Of a stretch of 64,000 bases of DNA, positions 52,084 to 64,000 are shown one piece after another (position 1 is the first letter of the stretch; each line of letters opens with the position of its first letter). Source of the stretch: Mytilus californianus (Eukaryota); the NCBI RefSeq assembly GCF_021869535.1, contig NW_026262701.1:3286001-3350000 (forward strand), read 5' to 3'. The position numbers and the translations under genes are program-made. The notes below the pieces were generated by a model. The model searched no databases and was not told the origin of the DNA. It saw only the letters and a program-made list of their open reading frames with translations.

Positions 52084-55000
52084 ATTAGGCGGGAAGCGTG
52101 TATTTGTATACCATTGATAACTATTTGTTAATGTTACTTTCCTCCATTTTAAAATATTTTCGAAATTTCATTAAAGCAAATTTTCATGAAACAATGTCCG
52201 TGTAAAAATGATATCAGATTAATTTGACAATGGTTAATATAAATTTATATACATTCGAAAACACTGTTATCAAGTATGTCCTATTCCTTATTGTTACATT
52301 TTACTGAGTTTGGATTCACATGGAGGCTGATACACTCAAATAAGAAGACGCTGACCTGTCGATGCACCCAACCCAATCAATCGTTGTCAACAAATATAGT
52401 CCCTAGTGTGGACAATGTATAACTTGCCAATTTTTTTCATACACTTTCCAAATTTATTTCTTTATATTTCATGCATGACATATTAAGTAGGGGATGAAAT
52501 AACATGTTAAAAAAAATTGGGTGATTTTTTTTATGTAAAGTAGTGATTTTTTCCAGTTAAAAAGGTCAAAAATTATTATGTTTGATGGTGTCAAACTGAA
52601 TTAAATACCCCTTTAACATAGAATTATCCATATTTTGAGTTGGTAGACTTTTCTATAATTTTTATATAATTTGTCCCAAAAGTAGTACACTACACTTTAA
52701 AAATCTCTTTGGGATAGAGCAGGTTTCTGAAAGTTATTGTCTAAAAGAAATGCACTACGAAATAACTGTGTTCTTGGACCTCTTGGTTTTCAAATGTTTG
52801 GCCATATCGTTGCTGATGAAGGTCAATCCAGAAAAGCGCTTCAGAGACAAGAAATTTATAAAGTGTTGTTTTTATTTTTTATGTCGTTTTATTGCAATAT
52901 GGTGTTACGATTGATAACAGAAATGAAGGTATCTGTAATAAAAGCGTATCAGTTATTCTCGATCGGAGTATAACTTGGTGATACATCTGATCTTATTTTA
53001 TTATAAAGTCTAATCCCCATGTATTTTAAATAAAGGCAACAGCAGTTTACCGGTGTTCAAAAGTCATAAATTGATTGAGAGAAAACAAATCCGGGTTACA
53101 AACCAAAACCGAAGTATAAGAGGAAAACAAAGGAACAACAGGAACACCGAAGTACAACAAAAAACAAACGCCAACACACATAGAAACGAACTATTTGATA
53201 ACAACTGCCATATTCCTGACTTGGTACAGGACATTTTAAGAAAAAATGGTGGGTTGAACCTGGTATCATGGCATGCCAAATCAACCGCTTTATGACAATG
53301 TTAAAAAAACAGTAAACTTGTAGCATCATCCTATGTGCGTAAGGTTTATATCTTTGATAATTATGCTGAACTGAATTGATGTCTATTAGACAAATACATC
53401 AAGTTTTAAAGTACAGTCATTTTATAATTTAGTAGTTGGAACTTGACGTTACTATTTCAGTACGTATACATACCTAATAAGGGTAGCAGTAAGAACAATT
53501 GGCGAAAGGAGTGTTGACATAGAGATGTGTCTCGTCTACTTTATAACAAAAGGAAACCATTAATTTGATAAAGAGAGGCATGAGATAGCTACGGGACATT
53601 CAAATTCATCAGTCAAAAGTAAACATAAAACGCTATGGCAAAAAAAAAACAAGACTTAAAGACAACTAACAGTAAACATTACACAACATAGAAAACTAAA
53701 GACTGAGCAACACGAACCCCACCAAAAACCGGCGGTGTCGCAGGTACCTAATAAACTGGATTCATAAAGGAGGGAATATCCTTTTCTATGTACTTTCAAG
53801 CTTACTTGAATTGGAATTGAACGGTCATATCAAAACCAATACTACATGACAAAACAATCATTTGACTAATAATATTCTTTTTTTTTTAAGTAAATAACTT
53901 TTATCACATATCTGATTTAACAATTTACTCGGATTACAGCGTTAGTACGAGTATCCCTGTTATTAGTTACTGAATTTCCAGGGGAAAAGTTCAGTAAAAA
54001 GTAATCAAATATTATAAGTAATAACATATACATTCTTTTAAATACAGTGTATATATAAAGTATAGAATTCCATGGTATAGATTACGTGTTTACGGAACAT
54101 CAATTAAATAATATTCTTGCAAATTAGACACATGTATTCGTGTTTCAATATAATCAAATCAATATTACTGATTTTGAACGCCCAATAGAAAAAAAACAAA
54201 TAGTTAGATAATGCATAAATTTCACTGTCAATAATACGAACTAAAAGTTTGTTTGAAAGTCAACAAACTTAACATTGCACTCTAAAGACACCTTAGGATG
54301 AACTAAAAGGTGATGTTTCATATTCTCCGATAATATAAAATGCAAGTATTAAAATACAAGGACACTCCTGGCTTCATTGCTTCATACAGTTGCAATTTAC
54401 AAACCAAAAAACAAAACAAAAAGTTTAATATAAAAAAAACTTTATTTCATCTGTACCTGAATAAAATACAAAAGCAAAATATAAAAACAAAACAAACAAA
54501 AAAGAGCAAAAATCAACATTTCTAAAAAAAAATATTGAAACAAACTAAAATCATAAATTAACTCAAATATTCTTAACATTAAATGAGATTTAATAGTCGA
54601 AAGATAGAACTATTTTCTATAAATTCAAATTACACTTTTTATAAGTCTTTACCTCCGACGCGGTTTTCGGGGTTTACCTCCATCAGCAACTATTTGAAGA
54701 ATGCCAAATGCATTATTTGGACACATATTTATGAGCTGAAAAACTCAAATGAATTTATGTCCAATATAAATATTACTTGAGAAGTGTTTAAAAATGTTAA
54801 AATACAGATAAGATGAACATGAAATTTCTTGTGCTTTGTACTTTGTATTCATACTTCAACTGAACTTAAAAATTCATTTTATTTTCAGTTAAATGTTCTA
54901 ACTTCAAATGCAATTTTTAATTATTAAATGATTATGAATGATATGTCAATGTTTATTATTACTTTGTTTAATAAGTACAGACGATTCTTTATATGTAAAA

Positions 55001-57026
55001 AAAAAAGAGAGGCGAAAGATACCAAAGGGACATTCAAACTCATAAGTCGAAAATAAACTGACCACGCCATGGCTAAAAAAGAAAAAAACCAACAGACAAA
55101 CAATAGTACACAAAACACAACATAGAAAACTAAAGACTAGGCAACACGAACCCCAACAAAAACTGGGGGTGATCTCAGGTGCTCCGGAAGGGTAAGTAGA
55201 TCCTGCTTCACATGTTAGTACAAACCCCGTAATAAGTCTAAATCGGTAGGTCACATTCGGGGTAAAGAGAGACGGTATTGTAGTTACGACATTTTGAACA
55301 TGTCCGCTATCATCTGTGAAACGGATATTCCATACGGTCAACCAAACTCGTGATGGCGTCCGTAAAATTTACGAAGGGTTGTTTCAACTTCACCACTAGG
55401 AACTCTTGTTTTAATAAAGCAGACTTTAACTAATTTTCTTCTAGGTGCAACGATCGGACTAATAGTCACGTTTGCTGATTCAGGATTGCTTTGTGAGTAT
55501 GGTTTTGACAATGGATGAGGTTCAATAGTTTACATCACTGGTAAGTGTACAATTTGATGGCATGGCGAAATAACAATAACTGATCTATATCAACGAAACC
55601 ACCCTCACTTCAAAGCACGTTGGTATAGACACAGGTAGATAAACATTGGAAGGATGAAAGCTAGCATCTGTGTAATCGTAATTTGTTGGAAAGATGAACA
55701 ATGCTACTATGCATTACACAACCGTCGTGCGTTCCGAAAAAAAGCTTACAAATTACAAAAAACAGGAGGAAACTGGTTTAAAGTGTGGTAGTGGTCGAGT
55801 TGTTTAAATTTTAGAAGAACAACTCGTCAATTAGATTTATACTAACATGGTTAATGGACTAGGTTTTGTTCGTTGTTGTATGTATTAGGGCATGATTTGA
55901 ATCTGAAGAGTCGGGTGTTGTTGGTTGGTGTAATCAGCGTACTTTCAAATACGTTGGTATTTCCAGATAATCTTTTATCATATTACTGTATACACCTAGT
56001 AAATTGTAAGTGAGAACCATGGGTATTGTATCATAACTCTTTAACTTATAAACGTTAAGGCCATTGCAGTTGCAAATAATGAATAGATATAAGGTAATTG
56101 ATGTTCATAAGAAGGCACAAACCAATGTGTTTATCTGATCCATGTGTTTAGTCTGAAGTTGTCTATATGTTGCATTATCAAGGTGACATACAGCTAAAAC
56201 AAACACATAATGTGTAAAGTGTTTTTTACTGAAGTAATTTGAAATAATAATGATATAAGTAGAAGAGATGTAGGCTATATTACAACACACAGAGGGAAAA
56301 CAAATTGAATAAATGTATAAAATCAAAATAGGTTTCCAAATGTGTTTTTTTCAAATGCTCTTCAATCTTGATTTTATTTGACCTTCCATTTGATGAGACT
56401 TATGAAGAAGAAACGCGCGTCTAGTTTGCTGAATGATAAGCCTGGCATTTTAGCCATATCAAAGAGATACATGAACCTGACATATATTCAATAAAAAGGA
56501 CCTTTAAGACTACCGGTGTTATACATCATTAAGACAGCAACAAACAATCTGAAAAAAACATTCGGTTTTCCAACAATATGTATATATATATGTATCTACC
56601 TATACAAGACCAGATAGTATACATATTAGACATGTGTGAGGACCATTTTTGAAAATCTAGTTTGCTTTCTGTTTGCTTAAGATTGACAAAATTACAAACA
56701 AATAGGGATGCAAAGGTATTAATTACATACTCAAATAGGGAAACAATGGATGAAAAAGGCGGAAGATACCAAACTATTCAAACTCTTAAGTCGATGAAAA
56801 ACTAACTTTACTATGGCAAAAACGAAAAACGACCAATAGATAAAAACATTATACAAAACATAACATAGAAAACAATACACTGATTAACACGAACATGAAA
56901 GTAAGATACAACACAATGCCACATCATTGACAAAATAAAGATTTTTCTTAACGTATGCATAACGATCTGTTTATGATTTAAGGCAATAGTAGCTTACCGA
57001 GGTTCACATCTCATGAATCGGCAAAG

Positions 57027-57100
57027 AAGACAAATCAAGGCGACAAGACAAATCAAGGCGATAAGACAAATCAAGACAACAAGATAAATCTAAGCAGCAA
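57027..57100. repeat. 18-bp tandem repeat, about 4 copies
   Basis: AAGACAAATCAAGGCGAC units. Confidence 0.8.
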
Positions 57101-57758
57101 ACAAAAACCTGAGGAATCAAATAAACTCTAAAAGGAGCTAGACCGGGTGGGTTGACAGAGTAAGCGTCTCCTGCTACACATGCATCACCCGCCATGCGAA
57201 TCCACACTAAATTCAAATGTCAAAGTCGGGAATAGGAAACAATCGGTAGAATAACACACTAAACGACTATTCTGGTATCTAAGGATCTAAACCTACGAAC
57301 AAATTTTCCTAGTAATTTGAAACACAAACATATCGTATGGGTTAATCAATTCGTTATTACGACTGTAACACTTACGTAGTGTTGACATCAGTCATTCTTC
57401 TTTATACCTCTATTTGAGCACATGCTGAATAATTCCGTATAGTATAAACATGCACGAGCGTAAGTTATCAATTGATTCATTTAAACGGCATTCGATTTGA
57501 CAGAGGGTAAGTTACCGCTGAGAAATGAAAAGCTGACTTTTGAAACGTTGCTAAGTCTTTGGGCTTCTATGTTGTTTTGTGTACTGTTAACGTTGTTTTT
57601 CTGTTTGTCCTTGTCTTTTTTAGCCATGGCGTTTTCAGTTTATTATCGCCTTATGAGTTTAAATGTCATCACGTTTGTCATAGCTTTTAGTGGGAAGTGA
57701 AAATTAAGAGGAAACGATCAAGATATGTAACAGAACTTCTAATTTCGGTATCCTTAAT

Positions 57759-57953
57759 CTAAAGTTCACTGGAATATATAAGATTCAAACACTCACTGAT
57801 ATGTTTGGTATTGAGTGACAGGACATCATCAAGATATCTAAGAATGAAATGACAGATCTTTGCAAGATATTTCTTGTTTGGTCTTTGAGAAGATTTTGTA
57901 GGAATTCTGCTTTGAATGAGTACAACAATAAGTTGGCCAGAAGGGGTGTACAA
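57759..57953 (-). mobile_element. Decayed Naiad RT core fragment
   Basis: HFILRYLDDVLSLNTKHISECLNLIYSSEL matches [29 protein letters not shown]. Confidence 0.75.
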
Positions 57954-60900
57954 TTAGCATCATTTTGATACTGTATTTGCTTATATTTTTCTTAGAAGGG
58001 TTAACTTGTATTTGGAGTGTTGTTTGGTTTTACCAAGTTCGAGATTCGTCCTCAGAGCATCAAAGGATTTCACGTGCGGAGTTACGCCATCTAACAGACA
58101 ATATTGGGTTTGACACAACAAGAAAGGTACATGGAAAAAAGTAAAATAATGAAAATACCAAATTACAAGAAAAATTCAAAGCGGAAAGTCCCTTATCAAA
58201 TGGCAAAATCAAAAGCTCAAACACATCAAACGAAAGGAAAACAACTGTCATATCATTTACTTTGTACAGGCATTTTATTATGTATAAAATGATGGATAAA
58301 ACCTAGATTTATGGCTAGCTAAATCTTTCACTTGTATGACATTCGCACGGAATTCCATTATATCGACAACAACGTGTGTGCAAAACAAACAAACATAATT
58401 TGTCGGAAACTACTTTTTACAATTTGTACGATTTGTAATTGCTTAAAACCTAACCTTTGCTAAAAATGGAAGAAATTATTTTTGAAAAGGCAAATGATAG
58501 ATTGAACACCAATTTACATAATGATAGCGTCTTCATTTGGTATACGGTACATATTATATTGATGTACTTGAAACAGCGCACCACCGATAAGTGGGGTAAT
58601 TATCTTTTATATATACACTTCTTGTGTTGTAAGAGTAATTTATTCACATTCATTTCATCTTAAGGTTTTACAAAACTTAAGAATACAATATGAAGAGGTT
58701 CTTATTACAAATTATACTTATTGTTAAAAGTAAATGTTTATGTCTTACTGCTATGTCAAGAAGATAAATCTAATTGTGACATATTTTGTTATTTTATTGT
58801 TGAAATTTGTTCATGTGTAATTGTTCTAATAACAGCAGGCGGCAGGAATCCCATGGAAAATAAAGGCAACAGTAGTATACCGCTGTTCGAAACTCATAAA
58901 TCGATAGAGATAAAAACAAATCCGGGTTACAAACTAAAACTGAGGAAAACGCATCAAATATAAGAGGAGAACAACGACACAACAAAAACACAACATTAAA
59001 ATGTAACACACACAGAAACGAACTATAATATGACAATGGCCATTTTCCTGACTTGGTACAGGACATTTTAAGAAAACAATGGTAGGTTGAACCTGGTTTT
59101 GTGGCATGCCAAACCTCCCGCTTTTATGGAAAAAGATGTGATCTGCAATTGTTCTTTGGGTGGGAATGTGTACCCATGTGAGTGCAAATTGGGGTTGGTA
59201 TACACTTCTCACAAATCTGCCTGCTTTTATGAAGACAGTTCGGAAATTTAATATTAAAAGTGTAAGTCACTATTACATTAAAATTAATTGAAAGTTGAGA
59301 ACGATGATCAAGTGCATTATCATTGTCTATAAATGTATTAATTCCATGGTTTGTATGTTTTATAATACAATATATACATTATATATGTGCCTTTCCCAAC
59401 TCCATAGCCTGTAATTAAGAGGTTGTCTTCGGCTGCTGTCTGTCATTTATGATGTTATTTTCTTGTTTTGGCAGAAATCAGGCCATTGGTTTTCTCCATT
59501 GAATTGTTTTACATTTTCCCAGATCCTATTAACCCTTTCTGTACGGTGTGGGTTTTGTTCATTGTTAAAGACCATGAAATAAACTATAGTTGCTTCCTTA
59601 GCTGTATTTGTCAAGACCGTTCGGTTGGTTCTTCATAGTTCTTCAACTTCGTACTTAATTTGGCCTTTTTACTGTTTAGATTCGAGCGTCAATAATGAGA
59701 ATTTTGTAAACAAAACGCGCGTCATCCGTACATAATCATAAGCATGAAATGTTTTCCATCCACGTCATTTGCTCCTCATTTGATATTTATCTCATTGGCA
59801 ATCATATTCCATCTCCTTATTTTATATTCGTACGAAACGGGTTGACAATGGAACATTAGCTGTTTAGTCTTAGGTTTATAACTTCCTCAAAGATGTAAGT
59901 TAATTAGGCATTTGATTAACAGAAATGCGCGTTTCTAAATCATCAAATTTTACCGAGTGGGGATTTACATTGCAGGTGTTTCATATATATACCCCTATCA
60001 TGACGACGCACCATGTCTTGCTCCGTTTGGAAGTCAAGACATGCGATTCCCTCGGTTTTTTTCATCTTGATTTGTATATTCTAGTGGATTAATGAGATTT
60101 GAATATCGGTTCATTTTTAAGCTGTGATTATAATAACATAGAAAGAGATCAGTATTTATATCGATGTCTTCAATTTTACCGACTACGTTCGTCGTGGAAT
60201 GTTTGCGGTTTAAGAACAATGTATAAACATAACAGGTCATGTCGTCTATTGAAACAGTGATAAAGTTTTGCTCTTGGCTTGTTGTGTCGACTGAAATATG
60301 CATCAAGTCTGTCAGAAAATTCTAATTTTATTTTCTTATATTATCGGGTAACTCGATGGGTGCCACATGTGCATCAGGATCTGCTTACCCCTCTGGCGCA
60401 CCGGATATAATCCAAGTTTTTGGTGGGGTTCGTGTTGCTCAGTCTTATGTTTTATATCTTGAGATTTGTGAACTGTTGAATGTCTGTTTGTCTTTTTCTT
60501 TTTTATCCATGGAATTGCCAGTTTATTTTCGACTTATGAGTTTGAATGTCCCTTTGGTATCTTTCACATCTTTTTAACCTTTATGAAAATAAGAAGATGT
60601 GGTAGGATTGCAAAAAACAACTCTCTACTAGAGACCAAATGACATAGAATTTAACAACTATAGGTCAACATACGGCCTTCAACAACAAGCAAAACTCTTA
60701 CCGCATAGTAAGCTATAAAAGGCCCAAAAATGCCAAATGTAATACAATTCAAAAGAGAAAACTAAAAGCCTGATTTATACACAAAACAATAAACGAAAAA
60801 CACATATGATATACAGAAACAAACGATAACCACTGAATTGGGACAGACACATACATGATGTGGCGGGGTTAAACGTGTTTACCTAACCCTAACATGGGAC

Positions 60901-61085
60901 AGTGGTGTAACAGTACGACATGGAAGAAACTATAAAAGAAATCAATATCAAAACCCATAAAACAATATTTAAAAGAGAGGCGAAAGATACCAAAGGGACA
61001 TTCAAACTCATATTAAGTCAAAAATAAACTGACAAGGCCATGGGTAAAAGAGAAAAAGACCAACAGACAAACAATAGTACACAAT

Positions 61086-61475
61086 TCAATTACAGTATTG
61101 AATAGGTAACCTTTTAAGTGTATATAAAGGATCGATCAGTTTCCCCGGAGCGTATCTTAATTTACGGGCTCGGTACACATCATCACCGTAAAAATTAGGA
61201 TGTGCTTTCCCGTTAGTAATAAGCCTTCTACAAGCCGAACTTTCAAACCAAATTTTAGTAAAAGTTTTCATTAATTTGTAGTAACAAAATCCATAAATCA
61301 ATAAGTAATACATAGATTCATTGAAATTGAAATCCAACACGTCACTACAGACATAGGTATAGGTAACGAGTTTTGATATATAAACGTCGTAAGATGGTGA
61401 CAAGGGAATATCATTCCAAAAAAAGGAAAATTAACAATAGAGAACGACAAATCATCTCTTTTATCGTACATTTTA
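61086..61475 (-). mobile_element. Naiad RT C-terminal fragment joined to its 3' end (60970-61085)
   Basis: LYNKMYDKRDDLSFSIVNFPF, followed by a frameshifted VYISKLV. Confidence 0.8.
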
Positions 61476-63657
61476 TTGTAGAGTCTATGTACTAGCTGAT
61501 CACACATAATTGGCGCATAGTAATTCAATGTTAAATTAATTTATAAAATGGAACTCTGTCAGCATTGCCGTTCATTTGTCGGTCCTTCATGGCGATTTTA
61601 GTTGGACTTGTGGCCGACTTCCTAAGAAAGAACAAAGTATTGACGACGAGACAAACTAGGCCAACAGCTGAATGTATTGGTAACTATTCTATTATAAAGT
61701 TATTACAAATATAGTGTTTGTCATATTTGTGCATCAAAGAAAGCGAGAAGATACTAAGGAAGTTATACAAATCGCAGAACTAGCTGATTGTATTACTCCT
61801 TAGATTGTTATGCTGGTTAAATTACAAAGAGAATAAAACGGAAAGAATTTGAAAAAAAATCAATTTACTTTTATATTGAATATCAAGTGAAAAAATGTAT
61901 GTTTCAATACTGTTTCTAGGGCCCCACACTATATATTTGAAGGGATGATGCTCACAAATACGCTAGTTGTTTATAATCTATGACTTGATATAAATATACA
62001 AATATAGATGACGTATATATCAAATTGATGTTTTAGGTGTTATTTTAAATTGGTTCATATCCTCATTTGCTCAGAATATTGTCATTTAAACCAAAGGCCC
62101 AATTACACAGTTAGGGGGTTCTACAGGTATACATGTAAAAGGGCTGTGACCTTTTTTGTACCATATATTCCTTTGAATTCTTTAAAGAAACTAGTCCTTA
62201 ACCGATCCAAATATATCAATACAATCCCTAACATATAATTCTGTCTTTATTGCAACAGTAGATATGTCCATCGAATTATAATAAGATATCATTATCTTTT
62301 CTGTTTATACATACATTATATAATGTAAACTTCCTACGTATTGGAGATAGTTAGTCCAGTCAATCAAAATGAATATCAATTTTGTTTTAAAATAAGACCA
62401 TGTTGGCAAATAAGTATTTTGTTATTATTTCAATGATTCATTAATTAACTCATTGGTGTATTTGTAGAGAGGCAATTAATATCTTGATGTCACTGCACCT
62501 ACTGTTTTGGTATAAGTCAATATATTAATTTATGTGTTTCTGTTTTGTGATAATTACTATACTATATAATAAAATATTAATTTTCGCGAACCATTTAGGT
62601 CACAGAAATTCCAAAAAATGGCATCAGTAAGGAGAGTTGTACAAATGATGTGAATACACAGAACCCGGATCCAAATTATCTTTTACTAAAAGTATTCATC
62701 ATTTTCTGTTTTGTATGTACTAACAACATTTCATTTTTCTACAATTTCGATTAAAGTATTATAAAACCTGCAGTTCAATAGGTCACATGCCCCAAATAAA
62801 CATTCCCCGATTGGTCGAACTACTGTGGCCTCGGTGTAAAGCAACGCAAGCCTCGATGTAAATATCACGCTTCCAAAAATAGAGGTTTGTCCCAACTTAA
62901 CATTCCCCGATTGGTTGAATTGCTGCTCGGTGTAAAGCAACGGATGCCTTGATGCAATGAAGAAAAGGGGTTGACAGGATAAACGTAATCGTTATAAATT
63001 TTAACTTCATGGTTCTTATGCAAGCAAATTTAATAAACAATGATTTTATACAGATGTGTTATTGTTTTCACCTTACATAGGGCTTTATTTCTGATCTTAT
63101 TTCTGTGTACACAATTCTGAATCTACATATTTCACCTATATCAATATTAGGTAATCCGTTTGGACGATTCCATATACTATTATGTTTTAGGGTTTTTTTT
63201 AGCTTCAGTGTCGAGTTGGTGTATAGTATTGAAGGCTGTCTGCGAGAAATAAATCCTTTTTTCTGATAGATTAACTAAATTCAAAACCAATATAAAAATA
63301 GTTAACACATATATTTTATTTAACTGAGTAAATTGATCGGAATGTGAATGATACATAAACCTAAAATTCGTTTTGGTCTATCCCAGTGATGACATTTGCG
63401 CGGGAATTTAGTCCATTGACATATCGTAATATAAATTACTTTGGATTATAATTATCTTTAGATGTAATGTTACAGGATTTAATGTGAAATTATTTGTCTC
63501 TTCTTTTATAGTACACGAGTTTGACGTCAGGTTTGTACACATGAAGTCTCTAGTCTAAAAAAAGCCAGTGACAGAACGATAAACAGATAAGCAACTGTCT
63601 ATAGGGCCAAGTAAGGGAGGTGAAAAAGCCAGTATTACGCAGACCGATAAACAGTTA

Positions 63658-63946
63658 CATAGACGGATCAAGGGGGTTCGGAAAATTTTGTTGATATTAT
63701 AGGGAAGCAGGGGCGGATCCAGCCATTTTATAAAAGGGGGGTTCCCAACTCAGGACAAAGGGTGGGGGGGGGGTGTGTTCCATCTATGTGTCCCCATTCA
63801 AATGCATTGATCGTCCAAAAAAAGGGGGGTTCCAACCCTCGGAACCCTCCCCCGGATCCGCCACTGGGGAAGCATGACGGGAGTGGGCAACCCTTAGGTC
63901 AGTCAGCGGCCACCCCCTTTTATGAAAAGTTGTGGATCCGCCACTG
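63658..63946. mobile_element. Nested GC-rich MITEs with CAG(G/T)GGCGGATCC termini
   Basis: Inner element 63708-63866 (CAGGGGCGGATCC...GGATCCGCCACTG) is flanked by direct repeats GGGAAG (63702-07 and 63867-72). The outer element ends GGATCCGCCACTG at 63946. Confidence 0.75.
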
Positions 63947-64000
63947 AGATTTATATAAGCAGGTTTTCTTTGTGTAGATACCTTAAAATATCACCAACTG

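Larger units (their letters stand above)
44331..61679 (+). pseudogene. Tandem SLC17/sialin-like paralogue, unprocessed pseudogene (exons 1-8 recognisable; may continue beyond the window)
   Basis: Exon 1 44331-44390 (1 nt shorter than the paralogue, TGA at 44385). Exon 2 49365-49594 (TGA at 49445, TAG at 49592). Exon 3 from 50806, split by a LINE, 3' part lost. Exon 4 remnant 53311-53338. Exon 5 55445-55540 (TGA at 55516). Exon 6 57996-58126. Exon 7 remnant about 59127-59261 (TGA and +1 frameshift). Exon 8 61547-61679 (acceptor AG changed to AA). Confidence 0.92.

Noticed and set aside
54946-55341. 131-aa ORF and similar hydrophobic ORFs (25017-25310, 14077-14415, 53053-53329, 58794-59066, 47919-48191)
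   Set aside because: They are open frames within high-copy repeats (Naiad 3' UTR and others) and are low-complexity, with no splice or homology support.
49365-59261. TGA codons in the SLC17 paralogue as selenocysteine or readthrough
   Set aside because: They replace Arg, Trp and Gly codons by single substitutions and co-occur with a TAG, frameshifts and exon deletions.

Overview
This is AT-rich, intron-rich animal genomic DNA. The repeat content suggests a bivalve mollusc such as Mytilus (inference). I reconstructed three intact multi-exon genes on the + strand by hand: an unnamed 89-aa microprotein with a polyproline tail (5617-9128), an MS4A/CD20-like four-TM protein (13665-19880, 288 aa), and an 11-exon SLC17/sialin-like MFS anion transporter (22197-39185, 513 aa, one GC-AG intron). 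A tandem SLC17 paralogue (44331 to at least 61679) is a pseudogene with nonsense codons, frameshifts, truncated exons and a young CR1/L2-type LINE inserted in frame with a 12-bp TSD. Introns and intergenic DNA are full of Naiad-type Penelope-like retroelement fragments, SINE-like repeats, MITEs and fold-backs. The most striking unexplained structure is a 538-bp tandem array (3399-4628). Each full unit carries a minimal type I hammerhead ribozyme on the minus strand, so the array looks like a retrozyme or circRNA-producing element. At least six decayed relatives with different, co-varying palindromic stem III sequences are scattered across the window. No rRNA, true tRNA or CRISPR array was seen.
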